Positions 17,604 to 27,600 are shown, counted from the first letter of the stretch. The stretch: DNA of 64,000 bases from Vicinamibacterales bacterium (GCA_035626435.1 DASPNQ010000227.1:64915-128914), one strand, 5' to 3'. Program-made: numbers and translations. Notes: a model not told the origin generated them from the letters alone.

Positions 17604-20271
17604 TCAGCAACCGCGTCACTTCTTCTGCGAGCGCCGCGGCCTCGATCGGCTTGGTCAGATAGACGTTGGCGCCAAGCCGCAGCGCCTGCAGCTCGGTCGA
17701 CGAGCGGTCGGTACCGGTGACGACGATAACCGGTATCGCGCGCCCCCTGCTGGTGTCCTTCAAGCGAGCGAGCACTTCGAAACCGTCGATGTTGGGCATG
17801 ACGAGGTCGAGCACGAGCAAATCGACCGGCTCGCACTCGACGGCGGCGAGCGCTTCAGCGCCGTCGCGGGCGGGGATCACGCGATGACCGTGGCGGGTCA
17901 GCGATGTCGTAAGCACACCGCGCAGATCGGCGTCGTCTTCGGCCACCAGGATGGTCGCACCGCGGCGGCCGGCCAGCGCCAGGCTGATCTCGCGCAGCAA
18001 GCGATCATGTCCTTCGGCTTTGGCGAGGACCGATACGTCGATCGGAAGCTTGGCAGTCTCCTTGGCGCCGGCTGCGCCGGTTACCACCACGACTGGAATC
18101 TGCGAGAGGCTGGCTTCGCGCCGCAGCATGTCGATGAAGGTCCACCCATCGGTGCCGGGCATCAATACGTCGACGGTAACGACGTCGGGCTTCATGGTCC
18201 TGGCGATATGGAGCGCCGACGCGGCGTCGCGGGCGTCGAGTACAACGTAGCCGGCATTCGTCAGCTGCGTCTTCATCAACGCACGGAAATCGTCGTCGTC
18301 ATCAACGACCAGCACGCGCCGAACGGCCAGGCGGGCGGAGCCGTCGTCATTCTTGACCACCGGCGCCAGCGTCGACGCTTCCTGCGCGGTCGCGGCCGGC
18401 AGCGTGAACGAAAAGCGTGTGCCCTTGTTCAACGCGCTGTCGACGAAAATGCGTCCGCCGTGTTGTTCCACGAGCGCTTTGGTAATCGCGAGACCCAGCC
18501 CGGTACCGCCGCGGCGGCGTGACGACGAGCTGTCGACCTGCTGGAATTTCCGGAACAGCCGGTGCAGATTCTCCGGCGCGATGCCTTCACCCTCGTCCGC
18601 GACCGAAATCGTGATCATCTGGTCGGTGCCGGTCACCGACACGATGACGGTCGAGTCGGGAGGCGCGAACTTGACCGCGTTGGACAAGAGGTTGACCAGC
18701 GCCTGGACGATGCGATCCGGATCCACCATCACGGGCTTCACCGTCGCCGGAATCCTGATGTCCAGCGCCACGCGTGCGGTCCTGGCAGGCCCTGCGACCA
18801 CGTCGATCGCCTGCCTCACGAGATCGGCGACGTTGACCGGCTTTCTACGGAGGGCCAGGTTGCCCGACTCGATTTTCGAAACATCGAGGATGTCGTTGAT
18901 GATCCGGACCAGACGCTCGCAATTGTTGAGCGCGATCTGCAACAGCCCGCGATGCTCGGGGTCCGGTACCGAACTGGGTTCGTCGAGCACCAGCTGCACC
19001 GAACCGCGAATCGACGTCAGCGGCGTGCGCAGCTCGTGACTGACGATCGAGACGAATTCGTCCTTCATTCGATCGACCTCGCGCATCTTGGCAATGTCCT
19101 GGAAGGCGACAATCGCACCGGAGACGTGACCGAGCTCGTTGTAGAGCGGGGCGCCGCTGGCGAGAATCGGAAACACTCGCCCGTCCGGATGATGGATCTC
19201 GAGCTCTTCGTTCTTGACGACCTCGCCGCGCAGAGCGCGGTACGAGATCCATCGGTCGCGGGGGATCGGGGTGCCGTCCTTCGCTATCCGTTTGAATCGA
19301 TCCCAGTAATTCTTCCGCAGCTCCGGATTCTGGGGCTCGATGCCCATCACTTCGGTAGCGGCGCGGTTGCGCAGCCGGACGCTGCCATCGACGTTGAAGA
19401 TCATCAGCGCCGCCGGGACGGTCTCGATCGTCGCCAAGAGATCCGCATGCGCGGCCTCGACCCGTCTGCGTGATTCGGCCGTCCCGCTGGCCAGCTCACG
19501 CGACTCGCTCAAGGCCAGCGCTAGCTCGCGCTCGCGGGTCTGGAGGCCGCGCACCATTTTCGCGAACGAATTGATCAGGACGCCGATCTCGTCCGAGCGG
19601 AGCGTCTGGTGCGCCGCACTGAAATCGCCTTCTTCGATGCGATGCGCGGAGTTGGTCAGCTCCGTCAACGGATCCAGAATCACGCGCTTCGCGGAGTACA
19701 TCACCCACGCCAACATCACCAGGCCGATCACCCCAATCGCCGTAATGATCGAGAAAAACAACCGACGGCGGTCGGCGAGCTGTCGCCTCGCGTCCTCCCA
19801 TAACTGCCGTTGGCGTTGATCGAACTCGGCGAGTTGTATTTCGAGAGGCTCGAATTCGGCCTCGGTGAGCGCGAGCAGCGCCTCGGGCTGTTCGGGCTTG
19901 GCTATCTGCGCATCCCAGCGCGCGATCCAGTTTTGGTACGACGCCTTCAGCCCGGCGAGCAGCTGTTGTTGCCCAGCGGTGCGGACCAGCGACGCTTCCT
20001 GAGCGAAGTACTCATCGATGGCGGCGCGCTCGCTGACGATGCGCTCCCGAATGAGCGGCAGTCCGAACGCCACGAGATCGTGCTGGTCGTGTTTCAGCTC
20101 GACCAGCGAACGCCACAGTCGGCCGTGCAGGTTCAGGACTTCCGCGATGCGTTGCCGTTCGGCGTCCATGACGGACGCCAGGCTCAGCGACAAAATGATG
20201 AACCCGATGTTCCCGGCGACGAGCACCGCCACGAGCCACAGCGCGAGGTACGCTCGAGTGCGAATCTTCAC
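17587..20271 (-). CDS. hybrid sensor histidine kinase (TM sensor-HAMP-PAS-HisKA-HATPase + two receiver domains)
   Basis: GTG 20269-20271 overlaps the stop of the upstream receiver gene (GTGA). H-box SHELRTPLTSI and G boxes are present. Two receivers follow (VLVVDDDDD...DVLMPGTDG; ILVAEDDAD...DLVMPNIDG). The track start 20454 lies inside the upstream gene. Confidence 0.85.
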   Translation of the reverse strand: MKIRTRAYLALWLVAVLVAGNIGFIILSLSLASVMDAERQRIAEVLNLHGRLWRSLVELKHDQHDLVAFGLPLIRERIVSERAAIDEYFAQEASLVRTAGQQQLLAGLKASYQNWIARWDAQIAKPEQPEALLALTEAEFEPLEIQLAEFDQRQRQLWEDARRQLADRRRLFFSIITAIGVIGLVMLAWVMYSAKRVILDPLTELTNSAHRIEEGDFSAAHQTLRSDEIGVLINSFAKMVRGLQTRERELALALSESRELASGTAESRRRVEAAHADLLATIETVPAALMIFNVDGSVRLRNRAATEVMGIEPQNPELRKNYWDRFKRIAKDGTPIPRDRWISYRALRGEVVKNEELEIHHPDGRVFPILASGAPLYNELGHVSGAIVAFQDIAKMREVDRMKDEFVSIVSHELRTPLTSIRGSVQLVLDEPSSVPDPEHRGLLQIALNNCERLVRIINDILDVSKIESGNLALRRKPVNVADLVRQAIDVVAGPARTARVALDIRIPATVKPVMVDPDRIVQALVNLLSNAVKFAPPDSTVIVSVTGTDQMITISVADEGEGIAPENLHRLFRKFQQVDSSSSRRRGGTGLGLAITKALVEQHGGRIFVDSALNKGTRFSFTLPAATAQEASTLAPVVKNDDGSARLAVRRVLVVDDDDDFRALMKTQLTNAGYVVLDARDAASALHIARTMKPDVVTVDVLMPGTDGWTFIDMLRREASLSQIPVVVVTGAAGAKETAKLPIDVSVLAKAEGHDRLLREISLALAGRRGATILVAEDDADLRGVLTTSLTRHGHRVIPARDGAEALAAVECEPVDLLVLDLVMPNIDGFEVLARLKDTSRGRAIPVIVVTGTDRSSTELQALRLGANVYLTKPIEAAALAEEVTRLLTTTSY

Positions 20272-20639
20272 GGATGCGTTTTGGTGACGATGTCCTTGAC
20301 GTGCTGACCCAGGGTGAGCGCATCGAACGGCTTGGTCACGTAGCCGACGGCGCCGAGACTCAGTCCGCGCTGGATCTCGGCCTCCTGTGATTTTGCCGTC
20401 AGAAAGATCACCGGGATCGATGCGGTGGCGGGATCGGCTTTCAATTGCCGGCACGTCTCGGGGCCATCGAGCTCGGGCATCATCCAGTCGAGCAGAATGA
20501 CGTCCGGCGGTGACTCCCGGACGGCGTCGAGCGCCTCTTGTCCATTGCCGACGACCTTGACCGTGAACCCGGCGCGCTTCAGCGCCAGCCTGGCGACCAA
20601 TTGGATATCGAGGTCGTCTTCCGCGAGAACGACGTTCAT
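20268..20639 (-). CDS. single-domain CheY-like response regulator
   Basis: 123 aa. VVLAEDDLD, ILLDWMMPELDG, LTAKS, YVTKPF. Confidence 0.9.
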   Translation of the reverse strand: MNVVLAEDDLDIQLVARLALKRAGFTVKVVGNGQEALDAVRESPPDVILLDWMMPELDGPETCRQLKADPATASIPVIFLTAKSQEAEIQRGLSLGAVGYVTKPFDALTLGQHVKDIVTKTHP

Positions 20640-20682
20640 CGAATGCTTGATTCTAGCGTCGGGCGGGGCTGCGCCCCCCCGG

Positions 20683-21912
20683 TTAAACCGCGGCGCGGTG
20701 GGGCTCCGCCAATTGACCCGGCGCGGCCGGGACCGGCATGGCTAGCGTCGAAAGCTGCGCCGCCAATATCGAGGCGAGCGTCAGTTTCGCGTCGTCGACC
20801 GCGTGCCCCGATTTGAGCTCGATTGACAGCACACCGGCCGGACCGGTGGGACCGAGCATTGGCACGGCGAGCGCCGCTGGCGTCGATGCCGTCGCGGCGC
20901 TGCTGCGGGGCGCGTTGTCGCGCAACGCGGCAGCGGTTAGATTCGCTCCGTCGCGGGGAACTCTGCCGATCCGCGACACCAGCTTGGGATCGAAGCCGTG
21001 GGTCGCCACCGGCGACAACGACCCGCCGTCGTTGGCCGCGACCCATACAATCAAGCCGGTCGCATCGAGTAACGCGCTGATGCGAGCGAGCGCGCCGTCG
21101 AGCGCGGCTGGGTCGGCGAGTGCCGAGAGGTCACTACAGATCTCGGATGTCATCTTGACCGCTGTCAACGGAATGCTTGGCACGGCCGGTGAGGGCGGCT
21201 GGGCGGGCGGTGCCGGTACGGCAGGGGCCGGTTCCGGAAGCGCGGAATCATCCACGACCGGGATCGGTTTGCTCAACGTCTCCTTGAGCTCGCTGCGCCA
21301 CTCGGCCGGGTCCTTCGCCGACGTCTTTGCAGGCACCGGCAGCAATGCGACGGCGACCAACATCCACAACCCGAGCGCGGCGGCCGCGAGCACCATTTGC
21401 TCCCGTCGCGCGGCCGTGATGCGTCGACTGAATTGACGATGCAGGTCGGCACGGACCGCATCCACCTGTGCCGTAGCGCTTGCGAGGATGTCGCGAATCT
21501 CGGTGAAGATCACGTCGCCTGCGAGGAGCCCCTCGCCGCGGCTGACGTAGGTGCGCGCGCGCCGCTCGCCGGCGACCAGCTGATCGATGCCATCGAGCGA
21601 CTCAGCGAGTGAGGCGCCAAAGGGTGCCGCGAGAGCATCCAAGGCGATCAGGTTCTGGCGCAGCGTATCGATCGTGCCTTGCGCGCGCTTCGCCCAGAAT
21701 GGCAAACCCTGTCCCGGTGCGAGGTATGCATGCATCGACGCACGCAAGTCGACGAGCGCTTCTTCAATGTCCTCAGCCGCACGGTCGGCATCGGCGGCCG
21801 ACCGCTGACTGGAATCGAGTGTGATTTCGTTCTGGAAGGCGCGGTAGCCGATGCCCGCGGTGAGCAGGAGCGCGACGATCAAGACCGCGATGCGCACGGG
21901 AGTGCGAGACAT
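20683..21912 (-). CDS. membrane protein with helical extracytoplasmic domain and C-terminal GAF-like domain, no output domain
   Basis: 409 aa with two TM segments flanking a ~170-aa helical region. A Pro/Ala linker leads to a GAF-like C-terminus (GLIVWVAANDGG...AVPMLGPTGPAGVLSIEL). Confidence 0.5.
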   Translation of the reverse strand: MSRTPVRIAVLIVALLLTAGIGYRAFQNEITLDSSQRSAADADRAAEDIEEALVDLRASMHAYLAPGQGLPFWAKRAQGTIDTLRQNLIALDALAAPFGASLAESLDGIDQLVAGERRARTYVSRGEGLLAGDVIFTEIRDILASATAQVDAVRADLHRQFSRRITAARREQMVLAAAALGLWMLVAVALLPVPAKTSAKDPAEWRSELKETLSKPIPVVDDSALPEPAPAVPAPPAQPPSPAVPSIPLTAVKMTSEICSDLSALADPAALDGALARISALLDATGLIVWVAANDGGSLSPVATHGFDPKLVSRIGRVPRDGANLTAAALRDNAPRSSAATASTPAALAVPMLGPTGPAGVLSIELKSGHAVDDAKLTLASILAAQLSTLAMPVPAAPGQLAEPHRAAV

Positions 21913-21913
21913 C

Positions 21914-21962
21914 GCAAGACAGTATCTAGTATCTATCTGCGCGTAGCAAGACAGTATCTAGT
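21914..21962. repeat. 17-nt direct repeat GCAAGACAGTATCTAGT x2, 15 nt apart
   Basis: Copies at 21914-21930 and 21946-21962, immediately upstream of the start codon at 21912 (- strand gene). Confidence 0.9.
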
Positions 21963-21986
21963 GGTGGCAGCTGATCATTAAGCGAT

Positions 21987-22052
21987 CGGGACGAGGGACG
22001 AGGAAGCAGGGATTAGAAATTAGGAACGAGGAATTAGGAAGCGGAGTTGCGA
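21987..22052. repeat. purine-rich degenerate repeat (GGGACGA, AGGAA, ATTAGGAA units)
   Basis: gggacgagggacgaggaagcagggattagaaattaggaacgaggaattaggaagcggag is about 80 percent purine on the + strand. Confidence 0.85.
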
Positions 22053-22811
22053 TTAGAACGTCGGCAGGTACGGTGTCAGCCACTGCGCGATCACCGTGAA
22101 GCGGTTGGTGAAGATCAACACGCCGATCACGATCATCAGCAGGCCCGAGACGATTTCAATCGCGTGATAGTAGCGACGAATCTTGGAGAACGCGACGAAG
22201 AACTGGTTGATGGCCATCGCCGTCAGCAGGAATGGAATCGCAAGCCCGAGCGAGTAGATCGACAGCAGCACGATCCCCTGGTTCACCGACTCCTGCTGCG
22301 CGGCGACCAGCAGGATCGCCGACAGGATCGGGCCGATGCAGGGCGTCCAGCCAAAGGCGAACGAGATGCCGACGATGACGGCGCCGATCATGCTGGCGGG
22401 CTTGGTGTTGGCTTGCACGCGCGCCTCGTTGAGCAGGAACGGAATCTTGAAGACGCCGATGGTGTGCAGGCCGAAGATGATCAGCAACACGCCCGCGACT
22501 TTCCCGAAGATCGTCAGCCGTTCCATCAGGAACTGGCCGAGATAGGTCGCTGACGCGCCCAGCGATACGAAAACGAGTGAAAACCCGAGGATGAAAAACA
22601 GCGACGTGACGATGACCTGCCGCTTGGCCGCGGCGCTGACGCCGGCGTTGGCCGCCACGGCGCCGCCGGCCGCAACCGGCATGCCGCGCATCTCTTCGAG
22701 CGACACGCCGGAGATAAACGACAGATAGCCGGGAATCAAAGGCAGCACGCAGGGCGAGATGAAGCTCAGAACCCCCGCCACGAAGGCGCCGAAGAGCGAG
22801 ACGTTTTCCAT
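22053..22811 (-). CDS. ccdA: cytochrome c biogenesis thiol-disulfide transporter CcdA (DsbD-family membrane core)
   Basis: 252 aa with six TM helices. Conserved Cys in SPCVLPLIPGY and WTPCIGPIL. Confidence 0.85.
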   Translation of the reverse strand: MENVSLFGAFVAGVLSFISPCVLPLIPGYLSFISGVSLEEMRGMPVAAGGAVAANAGVSAAAKRQVIVTSLFFILGFSLVFVSLGASATYLGQFLMERLTIFGKVAGVLLIIFGLHTIGVFKIPFLLNEARVQANTKPASMIGAVIVGISFAFGWTPCIGPILSAILLVAAQQESVNQGIVLLSIYSLGLAIPFLLTAMAINQFFVAFSKIRRYYHAIEIVSGLLMIVIGVLIFTNRFTVIAQWLTPYLPTF

Positions 22812-22813
22812 TT

Positions 22814-22878
22814 CAGGCAGTCAGGCGGTCAGGCAGACAGGCCGACAGGCAGACAGGCGGACAGGCCGACAGGCCGCC
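22814..22878. repeat. tandem octamer repeat NGWCAGGC x8 (GACAGGC family)
   Basis: caggcagtcaggcggtcaggcagacaggccgacaggcagacaggcggacaggccgacaggcc, between the ccdA start and the nuoG-like stop. Confidence 0.95.
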
Positions 22879-22885
22879 AGACTGA

Positions 22886-24763
22886 TCATTCCGATGCTCG
22901 CGAGATCTCCTCGGTTACGAGGCGAAGCGGAATCACGGTCGGTTGCGACATCTGCTCCATTTGGACGTTGTGGCCCTTGACCGGCGGCAGGTCCTGGAAC
23001 ATCGTGTCCCACTTCCAGCGTTCCATTGGGTTGCTGGTCTTGAGCCAATGCTCCGCGGTAACCGGCCGGTTGAAGATCTGCTCGCCGAGGGCGGCATAGC
23101 TGTTGATGCGCGCGCGATCGGCATCGCTACTGGCGCGCTCGCTCAGCGCCACACCCTGCATGTGCGTGACGATGTCGGCGCGCACCTGCTGCGAGGAGGT
23201 GTAGGTGTACGGCAGGCCGAGCGCCGCCGCGACGCTCGTCAGGATCTGCCAGTCTTCGACCGACTCGCCCGGAGCGTTGATGGCTTTCGACGCGGCCTGC
23301 ACGATGCCTTGCTCGTTGGTATAGGTGGCGTCCTTTTCTACCCACGCCGCGCCCGGCAGCACGACGTCGGCGATTTTCGCGAGCTCGTTGTGCAGCACGC
23401 CCTGGTAAATGATTACCGGCACGCGGCCGCTCTTGCGCGCCTCGATCAGCCACGAGATGTCACCCATCGATCCATCCGGACCTGGATCGAGGATGTAGAG
23501 CACCTTCACGCGATCCTGGTCGATCGCGGCGCGCAGTGCCGTCAGATCGGCATCGCCGTCAGGCTTGCTCGAGACGCCCAGACCGAGGTCGCTGGCACCG
23601 GTGACGTTCGGCGCGTCGATCGCGGGGACGCGGAACTTGGTGCGGGGCGGCTGCGCCTTCTCGGTCCGCCGCCACGCGACATGCACGTGTGCCGCGCCGC
23701 CGCTGCCCTTGAGATCCTCCGCGAGGCGTCTGAGCAGGTACATTTCCTCGAGCGAGGCGTGCGCCGAGGCGAGCATGCGGACCGACGCCGGGTCCTTGCG
23801 GCCCGCGGCATTGAGCAGATCGCGGACGCGCGTCAAGGCGTCCTTCCACGTCGCCGCCTGCTGCACGCCGTCCTTGGTGTTGAGCAGCGGTCGGCGCAGA
23901 CGTCCATCGCCTTCGATCCACAGGTACTGGAAGCGGCCAATGTCGCACATCCAGTAGTCGTTGATCTGCGGGTTATAGCGAGGCGTGATGCGCGCCAGGC
24001 GCGCGCCTTTCGCCCATTCCGGTTTCGCCTTCAGCCAGGACGTGGTGTTGCAGCCCTTCGCGCACAGCGTGCAGATGGTATCCACGGCGTGCGGGTTGTC
24101 CCACGGCCGCGATCGGAAGCGGTACTGCTTGGTGGTGATGGCGCCGACCGGGCAGACGTCCATCAGGTTTCCTGACAGCAGCGAGTGAACGCCCTGCTCG
24201 TTGAATGTGGCGATTTCGCTGCCGTTGCCGCGATTGATGGTGCCGATTTGCGCGTCGGTGTCGACTTCCGCCATGAAACGAATGCAGCGCGTGCACAGGA
24301 TGCAGCGGTTGCGATTCAGCATCAGCGTCGGGCCGAAATCGACGTCGGCCTTGACGCCCTCGCCGTCGAATACCCGACGCGGGAAGTCCATCCTGCTTTC
24401 GTCGTTGCCGAACGCGTACGAGAAGTCCTGCAGCGGGCACTCGCCGCCCTTGTCGCACACCGGGCAGTCGAGGGGGTGGTTGATCAGCAGGAACTCGAAG
24501 ACGCCCTTGCGCCCGTCAACGGCTTCGGGATCCTGCGTGTGGACGACCATGCCCTCGGCCACCGGCGTCGAGCAAGACGTCTGCAGCTTCGGCATCTTCT
24601 CGATCTTCACCAGGCAGACGCGGCATGACGCGTCGATGCCCAGACCGGGGTGATAGCAGTAGTACGGGACCTGGATTCCCGCCTCGATCGCGGCGCGCAG
24701 GACGGTGGTGCCTTTCGGCACTGACAGCTGCCGACCGTCGATGGTCAGCGTGACAAGATCCAT
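22886..24763 (-). CDS. nuoG: NADH-quinone oxidoreductase subunit G-like protein (2Fe-2S/4Fe-4S + molybdopterin-oxidoreductase fold)
   Basis: N-terminus TIDGRQLSVPKGTTVLRAA...CYHPGL...CRVCLV...HPLDCPVCDKGGECPLQD is the NuoG/Nqo3 cluster-binding pattern. At 625 aa it is short for NuoG. Confidence 0.75.
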   Translation of the reverse strand: MDLVTLTIDGRQLSVPKGTTVLRAAIEAGIQVPYYCYHPGLGIDASCRVCLVKIEKMPKLQTSCSTPVAEGMVVHTQDPEAVDGRKGVFEFLLINHPLDCPVCDKGGECPLQDFSYAFGNDESRMDFPRRVFDGEGVKADVDFGPTLMLNRNRCILCTRCIRFMAEVDTDAQIGTINRGNGSEIATFNEQGVHSLLSGNLMDVCPVGAITTKQYRFRSRPWDNPHAVDTICTLCAKGCNTTSWLKAKPEWAKGARLARITPRYNPQINDYWMCDIGRFQYLWIEGDGRLRRPLLNTKDGVQQAATWKDALTRVRDLLNAAGRKDPASVRMLASAHASLEEMYLLRRLAEDLKGSGGAAHVHVAWRRTEKAQPPRTKFRVPAIDAPNVTGASDLGLGVSSKPDGDADLTALRAAIDQDRVKVLYILDPGPDGSMGDISWLIEARKSGRVPVIIYQGVLHNELAKIADVVLPGAAWVEKDATYTNEQGIVQAASKAINAPGESVEDWQILTSVAAALGLPYTYTSSQQVRADIVTHMQGVALSERASSDADRARINSYAALGEQIFNRPVTAEHWLKTSNPMERWKWDTMFQDLPPVKGHNVQMEQMSQPTVIPLRLVTEEISRASE

Positions 24764-24825
24764 AAGAAGGAAATTCTATCTCAGGCTGCGGACCCGGGGT
24801 CGCAGGGCCGGGGATCGGGCTCGCG

Positions 24826-27600
24826 CTACCTTTTTTCGAGAATCGCCAGCGCCGCGCCGTCCGGATTGGTGTCGATCGACCGCGGGTTGCCGGTGAGCGG
24901 CAGCCGCGCCTCGGTCAACGCCTCGTTGGCGACGACGACGAACTCGGCTGTCTTGCCGTCGCCGTAGGTGACCGCCACGGTCACCGGGATGTCGTAAATG
25001 TCGCCGGTTTGCTCGAACCGCACGACGAGCTCCTGGCCCTCGACGACCGTGGAATAGCGCACGCGCGGAATGCCGTTGTCGTAAATCCACCGCTCGAAGA
25101 ACCGGGCGAGGTCGCGCTTGCTGGCGGTCTCCATTGCTTTCCGCAGATCGTCAGTGCCCGCCTTCCTGTAGCGGTTCTCCGCGTAGAAGGTCTTGATGCC
25201 GCCGAAAAACGCCTCGTCGCCAATGACCCGCCGCAGCATGTGTAACACCGCCGCACCTTTGTTGTAGACCAGCGCGCGGAAGACACGGCTGTCGCCTTTG
25301 ATGTGGCCGAGGCGATAGCCCAGGTACACCGGCCCTTGATCGGACGTTTCCACCGACCAGCGGCGGAACTGCCGGAGGATCTCGCGAAATGCGTTTTCGC
25401 CGCGCTTTTCGCGCGCGAAGAGCGCCGCGAAATATTGCGCGAAGCCCTCGCTGAGCCACTGCTCGTGATAGTTCTTCCACCCGACCGCCTGCCCGAACCA
25501 CTGATGCGCAAGCTCGTGGGCCAGAAAGAATTCCGGAAAGCCCTGAAACATCGCAGGGTCGTTCCGCCAGCTTACCTGCGTGACGGGCGGCGGGTTGTTG
25601 ATCATCGCGAAGTATCCCGGCGCGTGGCCGCCAGGCAGTTCATCTTCGACGAGCGCCATTGTGATGCTGGCGTACGGCACGTCCCCCGTCAGCGACGCAT
25701 ACAGCTGCAGGATATCGGCGCCGTTGGCCATCGCGGCCGCCGCTCGCGATTCCTGCCGACGCACCGCATCGACCCTGAGCACGACGGTGTTACGCGCGCC
25801 CACCGGCGGCACCGCCGCCGCCGTGTTCAAGCGCGTGATTTGCTGCGCGAGCGTTGACGCACCGCGCATGTCCGGTGGCGGCGCATTGGCGGGCACGATG
25901 TCGAGCGCCACCGTTGCCGCGTCGGTGCGCTGCATCTTGCTGACCACCATGCCGAGGTAGCGAACCGGCTGCGGCGCCGCGAATGTATAGGCCACGCGAG
26001 GGACGACGCGAGATGATCCGTCGACAATCGCCGCCGCCGTCGGCGCCGGCGAGCCTGGTTCGGGGATGCCCGACGCAACGACGGCGTATTCGGCGGGTAC
26101 GATCATGCGGATGTGCGCCGACGCGTAGTCGCTGACCTGGTTCTGCGGATACCAGTAGCTGCGATTACTGAACAGCCACTTCGGCTCCGGCTGAACGACG
26201 ACCACATCGTCTGGCTGTGCGGTCCGCTGATCGACCTCGATCAATTCCTCCTGAGCGGTCTGTCGCGGAATACGGCCGGCGTACGCAATCGTCAGCGTCA
26301 TCAAGAAGTCGCGCGACACGGGCTGTGGCAAATTGACGAGGATGCTGTTTTGGTTGCGCACGCGCAGGAACAGCAACCTGCCGAATTCGTCGCTGCTGAC
26401 CGATGACACGTTCAGGTTGTCGTTGAAACGCAACGTCAGTACGCCGGTCGACAGCGACTTGATGCGGAGGGACAGTCGGGTGCGCCCCTCCATCCACTCG
26501 CGCTCGGGGGTGAAGCTCGCATCCACGTCGTAATTGATGACGTCGTAATCGACCAGGTCGTCTTCGTCGAAGAACCTGCCGCGAGCGGCGAGCTTGTGCT
26601 CGGAGGCGTAGGCGGCGATATTGCGCTTGCGGGCGCGCTGAAACAGCGTGACGTCTTCCGCTTCACCGGTCGAACGCGCGTAGGTGAGGTGGTCGAACCG
26701 CCGCGTGTTGACTTCAGCGACGAAGTCGCCAGGTTGCGGCAACAGCGACCAGACATCGCGGCTCAAGTCGCTGAGATCGAGGTTGAAAGATTTCGGGAGG
26801 CCCTCGTCGAACACTTGCAGCGCGCGCCTGTAGTCGCGGCTGTCGAGCGCAACCGGCACCAGCATGTCGTCAGTGAGCCGGCGCTCGAATTCGTACGGGC
26901 TCAGACGGACGAACGCGGTGGTAAACGGCGTCTCGAGCGTCTCGGTTCCCGCAAACAGTTTCAGCTGGCCCTTTTCCTCTTTCGGCATCGGCTGAAACAC
27001 CATCGTGCCGTCACCGATCAACACAATCGCGGTGAGCCCTTCCGGCGTTTCGGCGACGAAAACATCGCCGTCGGGCAATCGCAGTTCGAAGTCGACCGCC
27101 CGCAGCACCAGGTTCTTCGCGGCGTACTGCTTCTCTGCATTGAGCGTCAATCGATGCAGCCCTTCGATCGACGCCAGCCGATCCTCCGCAACGACGCGCC
27201 ATGGTTGGGCGCCAATATCCTCGCCGCGCGGGCGGCGAATGTCGAGCCGCCACGTCGCGATGCGGCCGCGGGCGCCCGTTTCGATGAAGACTTCGACGAC
27301 GAGCCGAAAGCCTTCGCCGGGGAGCGTCCCTTGCAGCTCCACGCGATCGCGCTCCTTCACGACGACCCGGGTGATACCTTGCGGGACCATCGCGTCGAAG
27401 AAGCCGAGAGACTGCTCGCGGTTCGCGGCAGGTGACAGCAGGCTCGTCCAGCGCTGGCGGTCCATCGACACGATCGAGGTCTCGAGCTCTTTGAGGAACG
27501 CCTGAATGGACAGATCTTCAGCGTCGACAGGCCGTGGGGTTTGACCTGCAATCGCCGGGGCGCCGGCAAAAACGAACAGGAACAGCAGTCTTACAAACAT
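24826..27600 (-). CDS. secreted M1-family zinc metallopeptidase (large, 924 aa)
   Basis: Signal peptide MFVRLLFLFVFAGAPAIAG. Gluzincin motif HELAHQWFG...WLSEGFAQY. Confidence 0.8.
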   Translation of the reverse strand: MFVRLLFLFVFAGAPAIAGQTPRPVDAEDLSIQAFLKELETSIVSMDRQRWTSLLSPAANREQSLGFFDAMVPQGITRVVVKERDRVELQGTLPGEGFRLVVEVFIETGARGRIATWRLDIRRPRGEDIGAQPWRVVAEDRLASIEGLHRLTLNAEKQYAAKNLVLRAVDFELRLPDGDVFVAETPEGLTAIVLIGDGTMVFQPMPKEEKGQLKLFAGTETLETPFTTAFVRLSPYEFERRLTDDMLVPVALDSRDYRRALQVFDEGLPKSFNLDLSDLSRDVWSLLPQPGDFVAEVNTRRFDHLTYARSTGEAEDVTLFQRARKRNIAAYASEHKLAARGRFFDEDDLVDYDVINYDVDASFTPEREWMEGRTRLSLRIKSLSTGVLTLRFNDNLNVSSVSSDEFGRLLFLRVRNQNSILVNLPQPVSRDFLMTLTIAYAGRIPRQTAQEELIEVDQRTAQPDDVVVVQPEPKWLFSNRSYWYPQNQVSDYASAHIRMIVPAEYAVVASGIPEPGSPAPTAAAIVDGSSRVVPRVAYTFAAPQPVRYLGMVVSKMQRTDAATVALDIVPANAPPPDMRGASTLAQQITRLNTAAAVPPVGARNTVVLRVDAVRRQESRAAAAMANGADILQLYASLTGDVPYASITMALVEDELPGGHAPGYFAMINNPPPVTQVSWRNDPAMFQGFPEFFLAHELAHQWFGQAVGWKNYHEQWLSEGFAQYFAALFAREKRGENAFREILRQFRRWSVETSDQGPVYLGYRLGHIKGDSRVFRALVYNKGAAVLHMLRRVIGDEAFFGGIKTFYAENRYRKAGTDDLRKAMETASKRDLARFFERWIYDNGIPRVRYSTVVEGQELVVRFEQTGDIYDIPVTVAVTYGDGKTAEFVVVANEALTEARLPLTGNPRSIDTNPDGAALAILEKR

